Below, piece after piece: positions 34,652-44,042 of a DNA stretch of 64,000 nt. The position numbers and the translations under genes are program-made. The first letter of the stretch is position 1; each line of letters opens with the position of its first letter. This DNA is from Acidobacteriota bacterium (GTDB taxonomy: Bacteria > Acidobacteriota > UBA6911 > RPQK01 > JAJDTT01): the NCBI GenBank assembly GCA_965209055.1, contig OZ242374.1, positions 832,001 to 896,000 of the forward strand, given 5' to 3'. The notes under the pieces were generated by a model. It was given only the letters and a program-made list of their open reading frames with translations. It ran no database searches and was not told the origin of the DNA.

Positions 34652-35929
34652 ATGTCAAGACGACTCGATTCCATGATCATGCTCGTGGCGCTCGCCCTGG
34701 CGGGGTGCGCTCCTCCGGCGGGAGGAAGCCTGGCGGACGTCCAGCTCTTCATCGAAGACGAAGTGATTCTCGCCCCTGCGAGCGCCCGTCTGAACGCCCA
34801 TAACGTGGTTCGGGGACCGGACGGCGCCATCTGGCTCAACACCGGCGAACCGGACCCGGGCCTCTTCCGGAGCACGGATCAGGGCCGGACCTGGGAGACG
34901 ATTGCCGTGAAGCTCTCCGATGTCCCGCCCGGACAGCATCTGGGAGGATTTCACGCCGCCCGGGACGGCAGTCTCTGGCTGGTCCACCAGGCCGCCCCTT
35001 ATCGAATTGTCGACGGCGAGTCGATCGAGTCCACCGACCGGCGGGGTTTCTTCTCGATCTCGACGGACGGCGGCCAGACGTGGGAGACGCGGGAGCTCGA
35101 CCAGGCCCGCTTCGCTCCCGACCCCGAGGCGGACCCTTATACGTCCATTGACATCGCCTGGTGCCACCCCAATTTCGTGGAACGGCCCGACGGGAGCGCC
35201 TTCTACTCCATCAGCATGCGCTACGACGACTGGGAGGACTACTCCCAAGCGGATCAGACGCGCCCCGGAGTCCGCGACGTGATGGTTCGCACCCGGAACG
35301 GGGGGCGGACCTGGGGAGATCCCACCATCGTCCACCAGCACGCCACCGAGACCGCCTACGCCGTGGACCCCAACGACCCGGACCACATCTTTGCGGCCAC
35401 CCGAATTCAGAGGAAAGGTCTGCCGGGCGAGGACCTGCAGGCGATCCGTAAGTTGACCGCCATGGACATGACCCCGCCCAACTACATGCCCGACTGGGCC
35501 TACAAGAACGGAATCCTGCTGGAATCGACCGACGGCGGCCGATCCTTCCGGGAAGTGCCCGGCGGCTTGTTCGGCTTCGGCAGCTACCGCTGGTCCGCGA
35601 TCTGGACGGAGGAAGACTGGTTGATCCTGGCGAGCACCGCGGGTCAGGACCCGGGACAACGAAAGAGTCCTGGCGACCAGGTGCTCCGAATCAGTCTGAA
35701 CGGAGGGAAGACCTGGCTCGACGGCACCGAAAAGGGGACATCCACGGCGGCGAAGGCGAAGAAATTCATGGTGGTTCCCGGGTACCGGGACGTGGGCAAG
35801 GCGGACCACTACAGCGCCTCGGTGCCGGCGACCATCCAGATCGCCGAGAACCGGTTCCTGACCTTCTGCACCTACAAGAAGGACCGGATCCTCCGGGGCC
35901 GGTTCTGGCGCCTGGAGAACTTGCCGTAA
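34652..35929 (+). CDS. BNR/Asp-box sialidase-like lipoprotein
   Basis: Lipobox LAGC; STDQGRTW and STDGGQTW Asp-boxes. Confidence 0.78.
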   Translation: MSRRLDSMIMLVALALAGCAPPAGGSLADVQLFIEDEVILAPASARLNAHNVVRGPDGAIWLNTGEPDPGLFRSTDQGRTWETIAVKLSDVPPGQHLGGFHAARDGSLWLVHQAAPYRIVDGESIESTDRRGFFSISTDGGQTWETRELDQARFAPDPEADPYTSIDIAWCHPNFVERPDGSAFYSISMRYDDWEDYSQADQTRPGVRDVMVRTRNGGRTWGDPTIVHQHATETAYAVDPNDPDHIFAATRIQRKGLPGEDLQAIRKLTAMDMTPPNYMPDWAYKNGILLESTDGGRSFREVPGGLFGFGSYRWSAIWTEEDWLILASTAGQDPGQRKSPGDQVLRISLNGGKTWLDGTEKGTSTAAKAKKFMVVPGYRDVGKADHYSASVPATIQIAENRFLTFCTYKKDRILRGRFWRLENLP

Positions 35930-35970
35930 CGGAGCGGCGGATTCCAACCGCCGATGGGGGAAGACAGCTC

Positions 35971-37248
35971 ATGACAAGACGACTCGACTCCGCAATTGTT
36001 TTGTTCGTTTTCAGTTTGGCGGCCGTGACCGTCTGGGCCGGTGGAAGCCTGGCGGACGTCCAGCTCTTCATCGAAGACGAGGTGATCCTCGCCCCCGCGA
36101 GCGCCGACCTGGATGCCTACAACGTGGTTCGCGGTCCCGAAGGAGCCATCTGGCTCAATACCGGCGAACCGAAGCCGGGCCTCTACCGGAGCAAGGATCA
36201 GGGCCGGACCTGGGAGACGATTCCGGTCGAGCTGCCGCAGGCCCCTCCCGGCCAGCATACGGCAGGCTTCCACGTCGCCCGGGACGGCAGTCTCTGGCTG
36301 CTCCATCAGGCCCCCCCGACCTACACTGCCGACGGCAAGTCCATGGAGTACAAAGACCGGAGGGTCTTTTTCTCGAAATCCACGGACGGCGGCCGGACCT
36401 GGGAGAGCTGGGAGATCGACTACGGCCGCTTCGCTCCCGACCCCGGGGCGGACCCCTATACGATGATGGAGACCGCCTGGTGCCACCCCAACTTCGTGGA
36501 GCGGCCCGACGGGACCGCCTTCTTTTCCCTCAGCATGCGCTACCCCGATTGGGATGACTGGCATCAGGAGGATCAGTCCCGGCCCGGCATCCGCGACGTG
36601 ATGGTCCGCACCCGGGACGGAGGGAAAACCTGGGGAGATCCCACCATCGTCCACCAGCACGCCACCGAGACCGCCTACGCCGTGGATCCCCACGACCCGG
36701 ACCACATTTTCGCGGCGACCCGAATCCAACGGAAAGCCCTGCCGGGCGAGGACCTGCAGGCGATCCGGAAGCTGAGCGCCATGGATATGACGCCGCCCAA
36801 ATACATGCCCGACTGGGCTTACAAGAACGGCCTCCTGCTGGAATCGACCGACGGCGGCCGCTCTTTCCGGGAAGTGCCCGGCGGATTGTTCGGATTTGCC
36901 AGCTACCGCTGGTCCATGGTCTGGACCGAGGATGACTGGCTGGTTCTGGCCAGCCACGCGGGTCAGGACCCGGGACAACGAGAGAATCATATTGACCATG
37001 TGGTCCGAATCAGTCTGAACGGAGGGAAGACCTGGCTCGACGGCACCGAAAAGGGCACCAAGTTGCCGGCGAAGGCCAAGAGGTTCATGGTGTTCCCGGC
37101 GTTCCGGGACGTGGGCAAGGTGGACCACTACAGCGCCTCGGTGCCGGCGACCATCGAAGTCTCCAAGAACCGGTTCCTGACCTTCGGCGCCTACAAGCGG
37201 GACAAGATCCTCCGAGGCCGGTTCTGGCGCCTGGAGAATCTGCCTTGA
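35971..37248 (+). CDS. BNR/Asp-box sialidase-like secreted protein (tandem duplicate of 34652)
   Basis: Same length (425 aa) with long identical blocks. Signal peptide has no Cys. Confidence 0.78.
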   Translation: MTRRLDSAIVLFVFSLAAVTVWAGGSLADVQLFIEDEVILAPASADLDAYNVVRGPEGAIWLNTGEPKPGLYRSKDQGRTWETIPVELPQAPPGQHTAGFHVARDGSLWLLHQAPPTYTADGKSMEYKDRRVFFSKSTDGGRTWESWEIDYGRFAPDPGADPYTMMETAWCHPNFVERPDGTAFFSLSMRYPDWDDWHQEDQSRPGIRDVMVRTRDGGKTWGDPTIVHQHATETAYAVDPHDPDHIFAATRIQRKALPGEDLQAIRKLSAMDMTPPKYMPDWAYKNGLLLESTDGGRSFREVPGGLFGFASYRWSMVWTEDDWLVLASHAGQDPGQRENHIDHVVRISLNGGKTWLDGTEKGTKLPAKAKRFMVFPAFRDVGKVDHYSASVPATIEVSKNRFLTFGAYKRDKILRGRFWRLENLP

Positions 37249-37250
37249 TG

Positions 37251-37324
37251 GGAGCGGCGATTCTCTTTCCGCCGGTTTCTTGATCGATTTTTCGGGAAGA
37301 AGAATGGGCGACAGGAAAGTCGCC
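37251..37324. repeat. REP-like palindromes (family A) between convergent genes
   Basis: ggagcggcgattctctttccgccg; gggcgacaggaaagtcgccc. Confidence 0.6.
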
Positions 37325-37328
37325 CCTC

Positions 37329-38153
37329 CTAACGCGGGCGTTCTCCCTTGATGGTCACGCGCAGGCCGCGGCGACGGTTGGGATAATAGTCCCACAGGGC
37401 GTAGTGCTGGGCGCAGCGGTTGTCCCAGAACGCCACCGATCCGGGACGCCAGCGGAACCGGCACTGGAACATGGGGCTGGCGGCGTGCTCCACCAGGAAT
37501 CCGAGGACGGCGTCGCTCTCACTCTTTGAAAGCTGGACGATACGGGTGGTGAACAGGCGGTTGACGAAGAGCGCCTTGCGTCCGCTCACCAGGTGCGTCC
37601 TGACGACGGGATGCTCCGATCTGGGAAAGGTCTTCCCCTCATCGTCGGAGTCGTCGTAACGGCCGCGGTAGACCTGCTCCCCGTCGTGGACGGCGGTCAT
37701 TCCTTCGAGCATCCGCCGCATCGGCGCCGAAAGGGACTCGTAGGCCGCGTACATGTTGGCGAACAGAGTGTCGCCCCCCACCGGCGGCACCTCCAGCATC
37801 TGAAGGATCGTCCCCAAAGGCGGCTCCCGGTCGCAGGAGACGTCCGAGTGCCAGTCCTCTCCGGCGATCCGGCGGGTGTTCTCGTCGGCGTAGATTTCCA
37901 TGACTTCGGGATGGCCGTCGACCAGGCGGGGCCATGCGGGATGAATATGCAGTTCACCGAAGTTGCGGCCCAGCGCCTTCTGCTGGGCCGGGGTCATGGA
38001 CTGGCCGCGGAAAAAGAGGACGCAGTGTTCGGCAAGTGCGTTGGAGAGGGCATCCACCAACTCCGCCCCAAGCGGCCGGGAGAGGTCGATGCCGTGCACT
38101 TCGGCGCCGCAATGACCGGTCACTTTCCTGAATTCAAGATTGGGAGCCGGCAT
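37329..38153 (-). CDS. tauD: TauD/TfdA Fe(II)/2-oxoglutarate dioxygenase (taurine dioxygenase-like)
   Basis: WHSDVS (HxD), GGDTLFANMYAAY, HPVVRTH, WDNRC.QH motifs. Confidence 0.88.
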   Translation of the reverse strand: MPAPNLEFRKVTGHCGAEVHGIDLSRPLGAELVDALSNALAEHCVLFFRGQSMTPAQQKALGRNFGELHIHPAWPRLVDGHPEVMEIYADENTRRIAGEDWHSDVSCDREPPLGTILQMLEVPPVGGDTLFANMYAAYESLSAPMRRMLEGMTAVHDGEQVYRGRYDDSDDEGKTFPRSEHPVVRTHLVSGRKALFVNRLFTTRIVQLSKSESDAVLGFLVEHAASPMFQCRFRWRPGSVAFWDNRCAQHYALWDYYPNRRRGLRVTIKGERPR

Positions 38154-38260
38154 GGGAGGAGCCTGGGTTCGGTCGGCAGTCTATCGGAAACATCGGGTTC
38201 CGTTCCAGCCAAGAATGAATGAGGGACAAGACTGTCCCTCCTCCCAATTGTCCAGGACCC

Positions 38261-38311
38261 ATTTGTCTATGCATAGATAATTAGAGGTCAGGGTTTACTA
38301 TTTATAGTAAA
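38261..38311. promoter_or_regulatory. Two AT-rich CTAT-N2-ATAG palindromes upstream of tauD
   Basis: atttgtctat-gc-atagataatt and tttactat-tt-atagtaaa; centres 31 bp apart. Confidence 0.5.
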
Positions 38312-40015
38312 TTCAAGAGCAACTGGGAGCACGATCCGGGAAGGATGGCACCGGGAATGGTAGATCACCTGGCGGGCCGTCACCAGTTCGGTCTCGGCCA
38401 GATCGTTCCCGCCGGTGTTGTGGTTCCGATCGTGATTCGGGAAGTCGCTGCTGGTGATCTCCACGCGGATTCGATGTCCCTCGAGGAACCGGCAGGCGGT
38501 CGGTCCCAGCTCGATGCGGTACTCGACAGCCTCGCCCGGAGTCACCAGGTCCTCCCGATCCATGGAGATCCGGTGCCGGGCGCGGACCATGCCGTAACCG
38601 ACGTCCAGGGCCCGGCCGTCGGGATGTTCGTCCACGAGCCGGACGAAGAAGTCCGTGTCCCGGGCCGAGGTCGAGGCGAAAAGAACGGCTTCGGGATAGC
38701 CGACGACTTCCACCTCCTGCTCCAAGGGGTCGGTCCGGTAGTTCAGGATGTCCCGGCGGTGGGCGAGGGCGGACCGGTCGGAGGGTTGCGTGAACATCTC
38801 TTGGCTCCAGAGTGTCGGGACCGGATCCTTGGGATCGTAGTCGTAGGCATCTTCACGGGACCGCGCCGGAACCGACGCCGAAAGCCGCCCTGAGCCGTCC
38901 GGGCGGTGGGCGTCCCCGCCGCTGTCCAGATAGAACTCGCGCCAACCGACGCCATCCTCCGGAGGCCAGGTCGCCGCCCCTTTCCAGACCTGCGAACCCA
39001 TGACGAAATACCGCACCGGCGGTTCTCCCCGCAGACCGTCTCCGTCTCCCTTGAGCCAATGATCGAACCAGCGAATCATCACCTGGGTCAGTTCGACCCG
39101 GGCCTCCGGTCCGTAGTCCATGGAGCCGAGGGACCGCTCCCCCAGGTGCTTGTGGTTCCAGGGTCCGATGACGAGCCGGGTCTGTTCCCTGGCTGCCTTC
39201 GTCCGGGCGTTTTGCTGCATCCGTCGAAGGTGCCTCATGGAGCCGTTGCAGTGATCGTACCAGCCGCTGAAGTCCAGGTTGGGGACCTCCACCTCCCGGT
39301 GGATCCGGTCGAATCGCCAGGCGCGGCGGGTCGGATTTCGGAGCCAGTCCCGAGCATATTCCCGAAGCCCCGGCGGAAGGTACCCGGGAAGATCCATCCA
39401 GGGCAGGAACCAGATCCAACGCATCTGCTCCTGCTCGTCCCAAATCTTCTCGGCCTCTTCCGGAGTGTGGGGCGGAGGCAGCCCATGGCGCCGGCGAAGG
39501 TCCGGGGCCATGCTGTTCATCCACCATTTGACCCGCCGTCCCGGACGGAAGGAACCCCACCAGTCCAGATCGGTGATCTCCAGGGGGATGGAATTGGCGC
39601 ACATGGCCACCAGGTGAGGCGGCCGGAGCCGGGCCAGGGACCACTGCATCCAGCCGTTGTAGGAGACTCCGAAGGTACCCACCTTGCCGTTGCAGAATGG
39701 CTGCGCGGCCAGCCACTCCACGCTGTCGTACCCGTCCTCCCCGTCCTGAGTCCGCTCCACCGTGAACGGAACGTACTCCCCCTCGGAGGCATAGCGGCCC
39801 CGGCTGTCCTGGGCGACCACCGCGTAGCCGGCCCGCACCAGCGGCTCCAATCCGCTCTCCGCCTTCCCGTAGGGGGTCCGCGTCAACAGACCGGGACAGG
39901 GAGAGGGAACATCAGGGCGAAAGATGTTGGCGCGGAGGACGACGCCGTCCCGGACGGGAACCCCGACGTTCATCTCGATGAGAATATCCGGCGTTTCCGG
40001 GCCGGCTTCAGGCAT
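38288..40015 (-). CDS. CocE/NonD-family hydrolase
   Basis: RTPYGK, QDSRGRYASEG, GVSYNG (GxSYxG), GWYD, IGPWNH motifs. Confidence 0.92.
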   Translation of the reverse strand: MPEAGPETPDILIEMNVGVPVRDGVVLRANIFRPDVPSPCPGLLTRTPYGKAESGLEPLVRAGYAVVAQDSRGRYASEGEYVPFTVERTQDGEDGYDSVEWLAAQPFCNGKVGTFGVSYNGWMQWSLARLRPPHLVAMCANSIPLEITDLDWWGSFRPGRRVKWWMNSMAPDLRRRHGLPPPHTPEEAEKIWDEQEQMRWIWFLPWMDLPGYLPPGLREYARDWLRNPTRRAWRFDRIHREVEVPNLDFSGWYDHCNGSMRHLRRMQQNARTKAAREQTRLVIGPWNHKHLGERSLGSMDYGPEARVELTQVMIRWFDHWLKGDGDGLRGEPPVRYFVMGSQVWKGAATWPPEDGVGWREFYLDSGGDAHRPDGSGRLSASVPARSREDAYDYDPKDPVPTLWSQEMFTQPSDRSALAHRRDILNYRTDPLEQEVEVVGYPEAVLFASTSARDTDFFVRLVDEHPDGRALDVGYGMVRARHRISMDREDLVTPGEAVEYRIELGPTACRFLEGHRIRVEITSSDFPNHDRNHNTGGNDLAETELVTARQVIYHSRCHPSRIVLPVALEFTINSKP

Positions 40016-41138
40016 CCGGATCCAGGCGGGCCCAGTAGCAGTTCATGGAAACGGCGTCACCGGCGTAGTAGGCCACCATCACCGTCCCGTCGGGAAGGGT
40101 TTCGGCGAACGGCAAGCCGAAGCTCCAGAGGGACATTTCCGAAAGCAGTTCCCCGGTCTCGTCCTCCGGCGAGTCCTGCGATCCCGAAGGGCCATGGGTG
40201 TAGAGAACCACCTCGGTGTCCGGATCGAAATCCGCATCTACGCTCCCGGCCAGCCGCGCCCGGATGGAGTGGGTCCCGTACCGGTCCACCCAGGCCAGCA
40301 CCACCCTTCCGTCAGGGAGCATGGCCGGATGGGCCGCCTGGTCGGGGAAACCCAGATCCTGGGCGCGGGACCAGGTGAGGCCGCCGTCGGCGCTGAGACG
40401 GCGGTGGACGTTCAGGTACTTCCTGGTTTCGCTGTCGTAGGTCCAGAGGAAGGCCGCGATCCGGCCGTCGGGCGCCACCCCCACGCGCTGGTCCCAGTTG
40501 AAGATGCGTCCGGTCCGATCTTCACCGGCGACGACCGGATCTTCCCAATTCAGACCGCCGTCCCGGGAGTGGAAGAGGACCACTTTCTGGTACCACTTGG
40601 ACCCGTCGTCGTAGTGCTTGTTGGTCTCGATGCTCATCCCCAGAGTGCCGTCGGCGAGGCGAAAGACGGGACTGGTGAGACTGGGCGGCCCGATCTCGTC
40701 CGGCATGGGAACGACCCGCCAGGGCGACCAAATTCTCCCCTCGTCGTCCGACTCGGCCAGGACCACCGCCATGGGGAGGCAGCCCTCGGTCTCCGCGTTG
40801 AACAGGCCCTGGCCCGGGTAGGTCTGGCGATCCACCCACATTCCGGCGGCCAGAAGACGCCCCGGCGCCGTCTCCGTGAGGTAGCAGATCTTGAGCGTCC
40901 CCCCGACTCCGTCCACGGTGGGAGCGTTCCAGGGACGGCTCGGAGCGCTCCAACACCGCTCCTCCCCGTCCCAACGAAAGAGCTCGGCACACTCGTCGGC
41001 GCCGTCCTTGCTGGAACCGGCGCGGCAGGTGGCCAGAAGGCCGCCGTTTGCCAGGACGGCAAGCGCCGGAAAGGTGGTCACGGCACGATGGGTTCCGGGT
41101 TCGCTCTCGGCCAGGACGCCTCTTTGCACGACCTTCAT
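40008..41138 (-). CDS. Sialidase/BNR-family protein (no signal peptide)
   Basis: TFPALA, SDDEGRIW, SRDGGLNW, SADGGLTW. ATGA-coupled to the upstream gene. Confidence 0.78.
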   Translation of the reverse strand: MKVVQRGVLAESEPGTHRAVTTFPALAVLANGGLLATCRAGSSKDGADECAELFRWDGEERCWSAPSRPWNAPTVDGVGGTLKICYLTETAPGRLLAAGMWVDRQTYPGQGLFNAETEGCLPMAVVLAESDDEGRIWSPWRVVPMPDEIGPPSLTSPVFRLADGTLGMSIETNKHYDDGSKWYQKVVLFHSRDGGLNWEDPVVAGEDRTGRIFNWDQRVGVAPDGRIAAFLWTYDSETRKYLNVHRRLSADGGLTWSRAQDLGFPDQAAHPAMLPDGRVVLAWVDRYGTHSIRARLAGSVDADFDPDTEVVLYTHGPSGSQDSPEDETGELLSEMSLWSFGLPFAETLPDGTVMVAYYAGDAVSMNCYWARLDPDA

Positions 41139-42397
41139 GGCTGTCTCCCCTGGTTCCGCCACCAGCGGAATTCCAGCGTGCCCCGTTCCGCCACGGCGGC
41201 GAGGTCCGGATTTGCGTCTCCGTCCAGGTCGGCGATGATGACCTGGTTGGCCCGGCGCCAGTTGTCCTTCAACACATGCATGGTCCATGCGCCCTTGGGA
41301 TCTCCGCCGTTCTCGAACCAGGCGACACGGCCCGGGTCGCCCCAACCGGTGGCCACCACGTCCACGTCTCCATCACCGTCCAGGTCCGCGGCATCCGCCT
41401 CGAACGCATTCTGGTAGGGCTCGCGGATGACGTGGACCCGCCACGGGCCTTCGGTGGGATCGCCGGCGTTCTCGTACCAGAGGACCGAGTGGGTCGATTG
41501 CCCCGGCGTGAGCTCCCGTCCGCCGGCCAGGACCACGTCCAGGTCGCCGTCCAGATCCATGTCCACCGGCTGTCCGTGAAGGGCCCGGGGAGCTTCGGCG
41601 ATCAGGCGCCTCGTCCAGGTTCCCGACGATGGCCGGCCGCTGTTCTCGTACCAGACCACGATGGCGTTGCCCGCTTCGGCAGTGTGGATGGGAACGATCT
41701 CCTCGAGAGCGGCGGTGGCCAGCAGATCCCAGTCGCCGTCGCCGTCGAAATCCGCTGCCCGGATGGCGGTGGTCTCCCGAAGATCGCCTTCGATCAGATG
41801 CTGCTCCCAGGCTTCGACCCCCGGGTCCGCAGGATTCCCCGGATTTTCGAACCAGGCGAACTGGTAGCCCAACCACCACGAAGAGCCCGCCACATCCAGA
41901 TCGCCGTCGCCGTCCAGATCGGCCAGGGCCACGTCATAGGCGCCCGGCAGCGTCCCCTTGGCGATGTTCCGCCGTTTCCAAAGCTGTCCGTCCGCCGGAT
42001 TGCCATTGTTCTCGAACCAGAGCAGGTCTCCGTGCAGGTTCTTCACGATCACCACGTCCGGATGTCCGTCGCCGTCGACGTCCCCCACGGCGTGGCGCTC
42101 GAGCCGCTCGGGGTCGTCCTGCTGGATGAAACGTCGCGTGAACTCGCCCGCGCCGTCGTTTTCGAACCAGTACAGGTCGTTGTGCGGAAGCGCGTCGGCG
42201 CTGGTCAGATCCAGGTCGCCGTCCCCGTCCAGATCGGCGGCCGCGATTCCGAAGGGATAGGTGTATCCCTCCATGATCAGATGTTCGCTGAATTGAATGG
42301 CGGGAGGCGGTTCCTCGTCTCGCGGCGCCCCACAAGAGAGGAAACCGGCCGCTGCCAAAAACAGGGGGATGTGGATTCTCGGGGTTGTCTTACGCAT
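41135..42397 (-). CDS. FG-GAP/VCBS repeat lipoprotein
   Basis: Lipobox FLSC; repeated DLDGDGDLD and WFEN motifs. Confidence 0.85.
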   Translation of the reverse strand: MRKTTPRIHIPLFLAAAGFLSCGAPRDEEPPPAIQFSEHLIMEGYTYPFGIAAADLDGDGDLDLTSADALPHNDLYWFENDGAGEFTRRFIQQDDPERLERHAVGDVDGDGHPDVVIVKNLHGDLLWFENNGNPADGQLWKRRNIAKGTLPGAYDVALADLDGDGDLDVAGSSWWLGYQFAWFENPGNPADPGVEAWEQHLIEGDLRETTAIRAADFDGDGDWDLLATAALEEIVPIHTAEAGNAIVVWYENSGRPSSGTWTRRLIAEAPRALHGQPVDMDLDGDLDVVLAGGRELTPGQSTHSVLWYENAGDPTEGPWRVHVIREPYQNAFEADAADLDGDGDVDVVATGWGDPGRVAWFENGGDPKGAWTMHVLKDNWRRANQVIIADLDGDANPDLAAVAERGTLEFRWWRNQGRQP

Positions 42398-42442
42398 GGC
42401 TTGCAGTATCATGAGCCGAATTCTCTACCAGAGAAACCCCAA

Positions 42443-44008
42443 ATGATGCGATTCCGGCTTTTCTTACTTCACTTGTTCTTTTTTGTATTCCTGACGGCCC
42501 AAGGAGCCGTTGCCGGCACTCCCGGCCTAATGAACCGTCCCGCCCTGGTCGAGATGGGAGACCGCCTGGAGTTGTTCGTCGACCATCACCTCATCGATCG
42601 TCTGGAGGGCGCTCGCCTCAAGCTCCATCACCCCAGGCCCGCGGAGACGGTGATCCGGGGAGACCGCCCCTGGGAAGGCGAACTCGGTTTTGGCCAGACG
42701 GTGATCCTGCACCAGGGCAAGTACCTCCTGTACTACCACGGGTCCAACAAGCTCTGCTATGCCGAGAGCGGGGACGGGGTCCACTGGACCAAACCGGCGC
42801 TGGGCCTCATCGAGGCCGGCGGGAGCCGGCAGAACAACCTGGTGGGAACGGCCGGCGGCGAGTATCTCTACGATCACCTGGAGGAACCTGCCGCCAGGGT
42901 CTATCTCGACTCCCGGCCCGGTGTGCCAGCCGGACGGCGCCTGATCGCGCTCAAGTTGGACGAAGGACACCGGGCGAATCCCACCGAAGAAGAACTGGCC
43001 CGCAGGCTCACGGTGAATCAGGAGGGTTTGTGGCAGGGAAGCCCCACCGACGTCATCCCCTGGGTCTCCAAAGATGGGAGGGCCTGGGAGAGACTCGGAG
43101 ACAAACCGCTGTTCCGGAACAACCTTTACGGAACGCTCGACGGAGACTTTTCCTTTTTCTGGTCGGAGGTCGAGCAGCAGTACGTCATCTACTCGCGTTA
43201 CTTCACCTCCCCCAACCGATCGGTGGGACGGCGGGCCATCGCCCGGCTCACGGCTCCCAACCTGTACCAGTGGTCCGAATTCCAACCCATGAGCTATGGG
43301 AATGGCGGGACCATTCCCGAAAATCACCTCTACATCAACCTGACGCTGCCCTACTACCGGGCGCCCCAGATCTATCTCGCGTTTCCGGCCCGGCTCATGG
43401 TGGGCCGGCAGGTGCTGACCGATGAGGATGCCCAGGCGGCCGGGGTACCGGAGGGAAGGTGGATGGACACTTCCGAGACGGTCCTCATGACCACGCGTGG
43501 ACCCGGCAACCGTTACGACACGACGTTCCGGGAGGGTTTCATTCGTCCCGGACCGGGAGCCCGGAACTGGATCACGCGCACCACCTTCGCCCTTCGCGGC
43601 GTGGTGCCCACCGGCCCCCGGGAGATCTCCATGTACGTCAGCCGCGAGACCGGCACCCGACACTGGCACATCCGCCGGTACGTGTTGAGAGTGGACGGGT
43701 TCGCGTCGGTCAACGCTCCCTATGACGGCGGAGAAATGGTGACCCGACCGCTCACCTTCTCGGGAAAGGAACTTCTGCTCAACACCTCCACGTCGGCCGC
43801 CGGCAGCGTCCGGGTGGAAATCCAGTCGCCCACCGGCGAGCCCGTCGCCGGCTACGCGCTGGAGGACTCGATGGAGATCGTGGGGGATGAGATCGAGCGT
43901 GTCGCCGGCTGGCAAAATGGGACGGATGTCTCCCCCCTGGCGGGGCAACCGGTCCGCCTCCGCTTCGTCCTGAAGGACGCGGACCTCTACTCGATCCGTT
44001 TCAGATAG
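42443..44008 (+). CDS. Secreted five-bladed beta-propeller glycoside-hydrolase-like protein
   Basis: Signal peptide MMRFRLFLL..; ELFVD, YAESGDGVHWTKP, LRVDGFAS, DADLYSIRF motifs. Confidence 0.75.
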   Translation: MMRFRLFLLHLFFFVFLTAQGAVAGTPGLMNRPALVEMGDRLELFVDHHLIDRLEGARLKLHHPRPAETVIRGDRPWEGELGFGQTVILHQGKYLLYYHGSNKLCYAESGDGVHWTKPALGLIEAGGSRQNNLVGTAGGEYLYDHLEEPAARVYLDSRPGVPAGRRLIALKLDEGHRANPTEEELARRLTVNQEGLWQGSPTDVIPWVSKDGRAWERLGDKPLFRNNLYGTLDGDFSFFWSEVEQQYVIYSRYFTSPNRSVGRRAIARLTAPNLYQWSEFQPMSYGNGGTIPENHLYINLTLPYYRAPQIYLAFPARLMVGRQVLTDEDAQAAGVPEGRWMDTSETVLMTTRGPGNRYDTTFREGFIRPGPGARNWITRTTFALRGVVPTGPREISMYVSRETGTRHWHIRRYVLRVDGFASVNAPYDGGEMVTRPLTFSGKELLLNTSTSAAGSVRVEIQSPTGEPVAGYALEDSMEIVGDEIERVAGWQNGTDVSPLAGQPVRLRFVLKDADLYSIRFR

Positions 44009-44042
44009 CAGTCCGTGGGGACGGCCCGGTTCGGCTTCGGTT

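Noticed and set aside
41048-42442. 986-aa ORF as one protein (similarly the long 5' extensions of 56974-59448 and 22475-25549)
   Set aside because: The extensions overlap real genes (antisense for 41048 and 56974, another frame of the same strand for 25549). Signal peptides mark the true starts at 42443, 57790 and about 24961.
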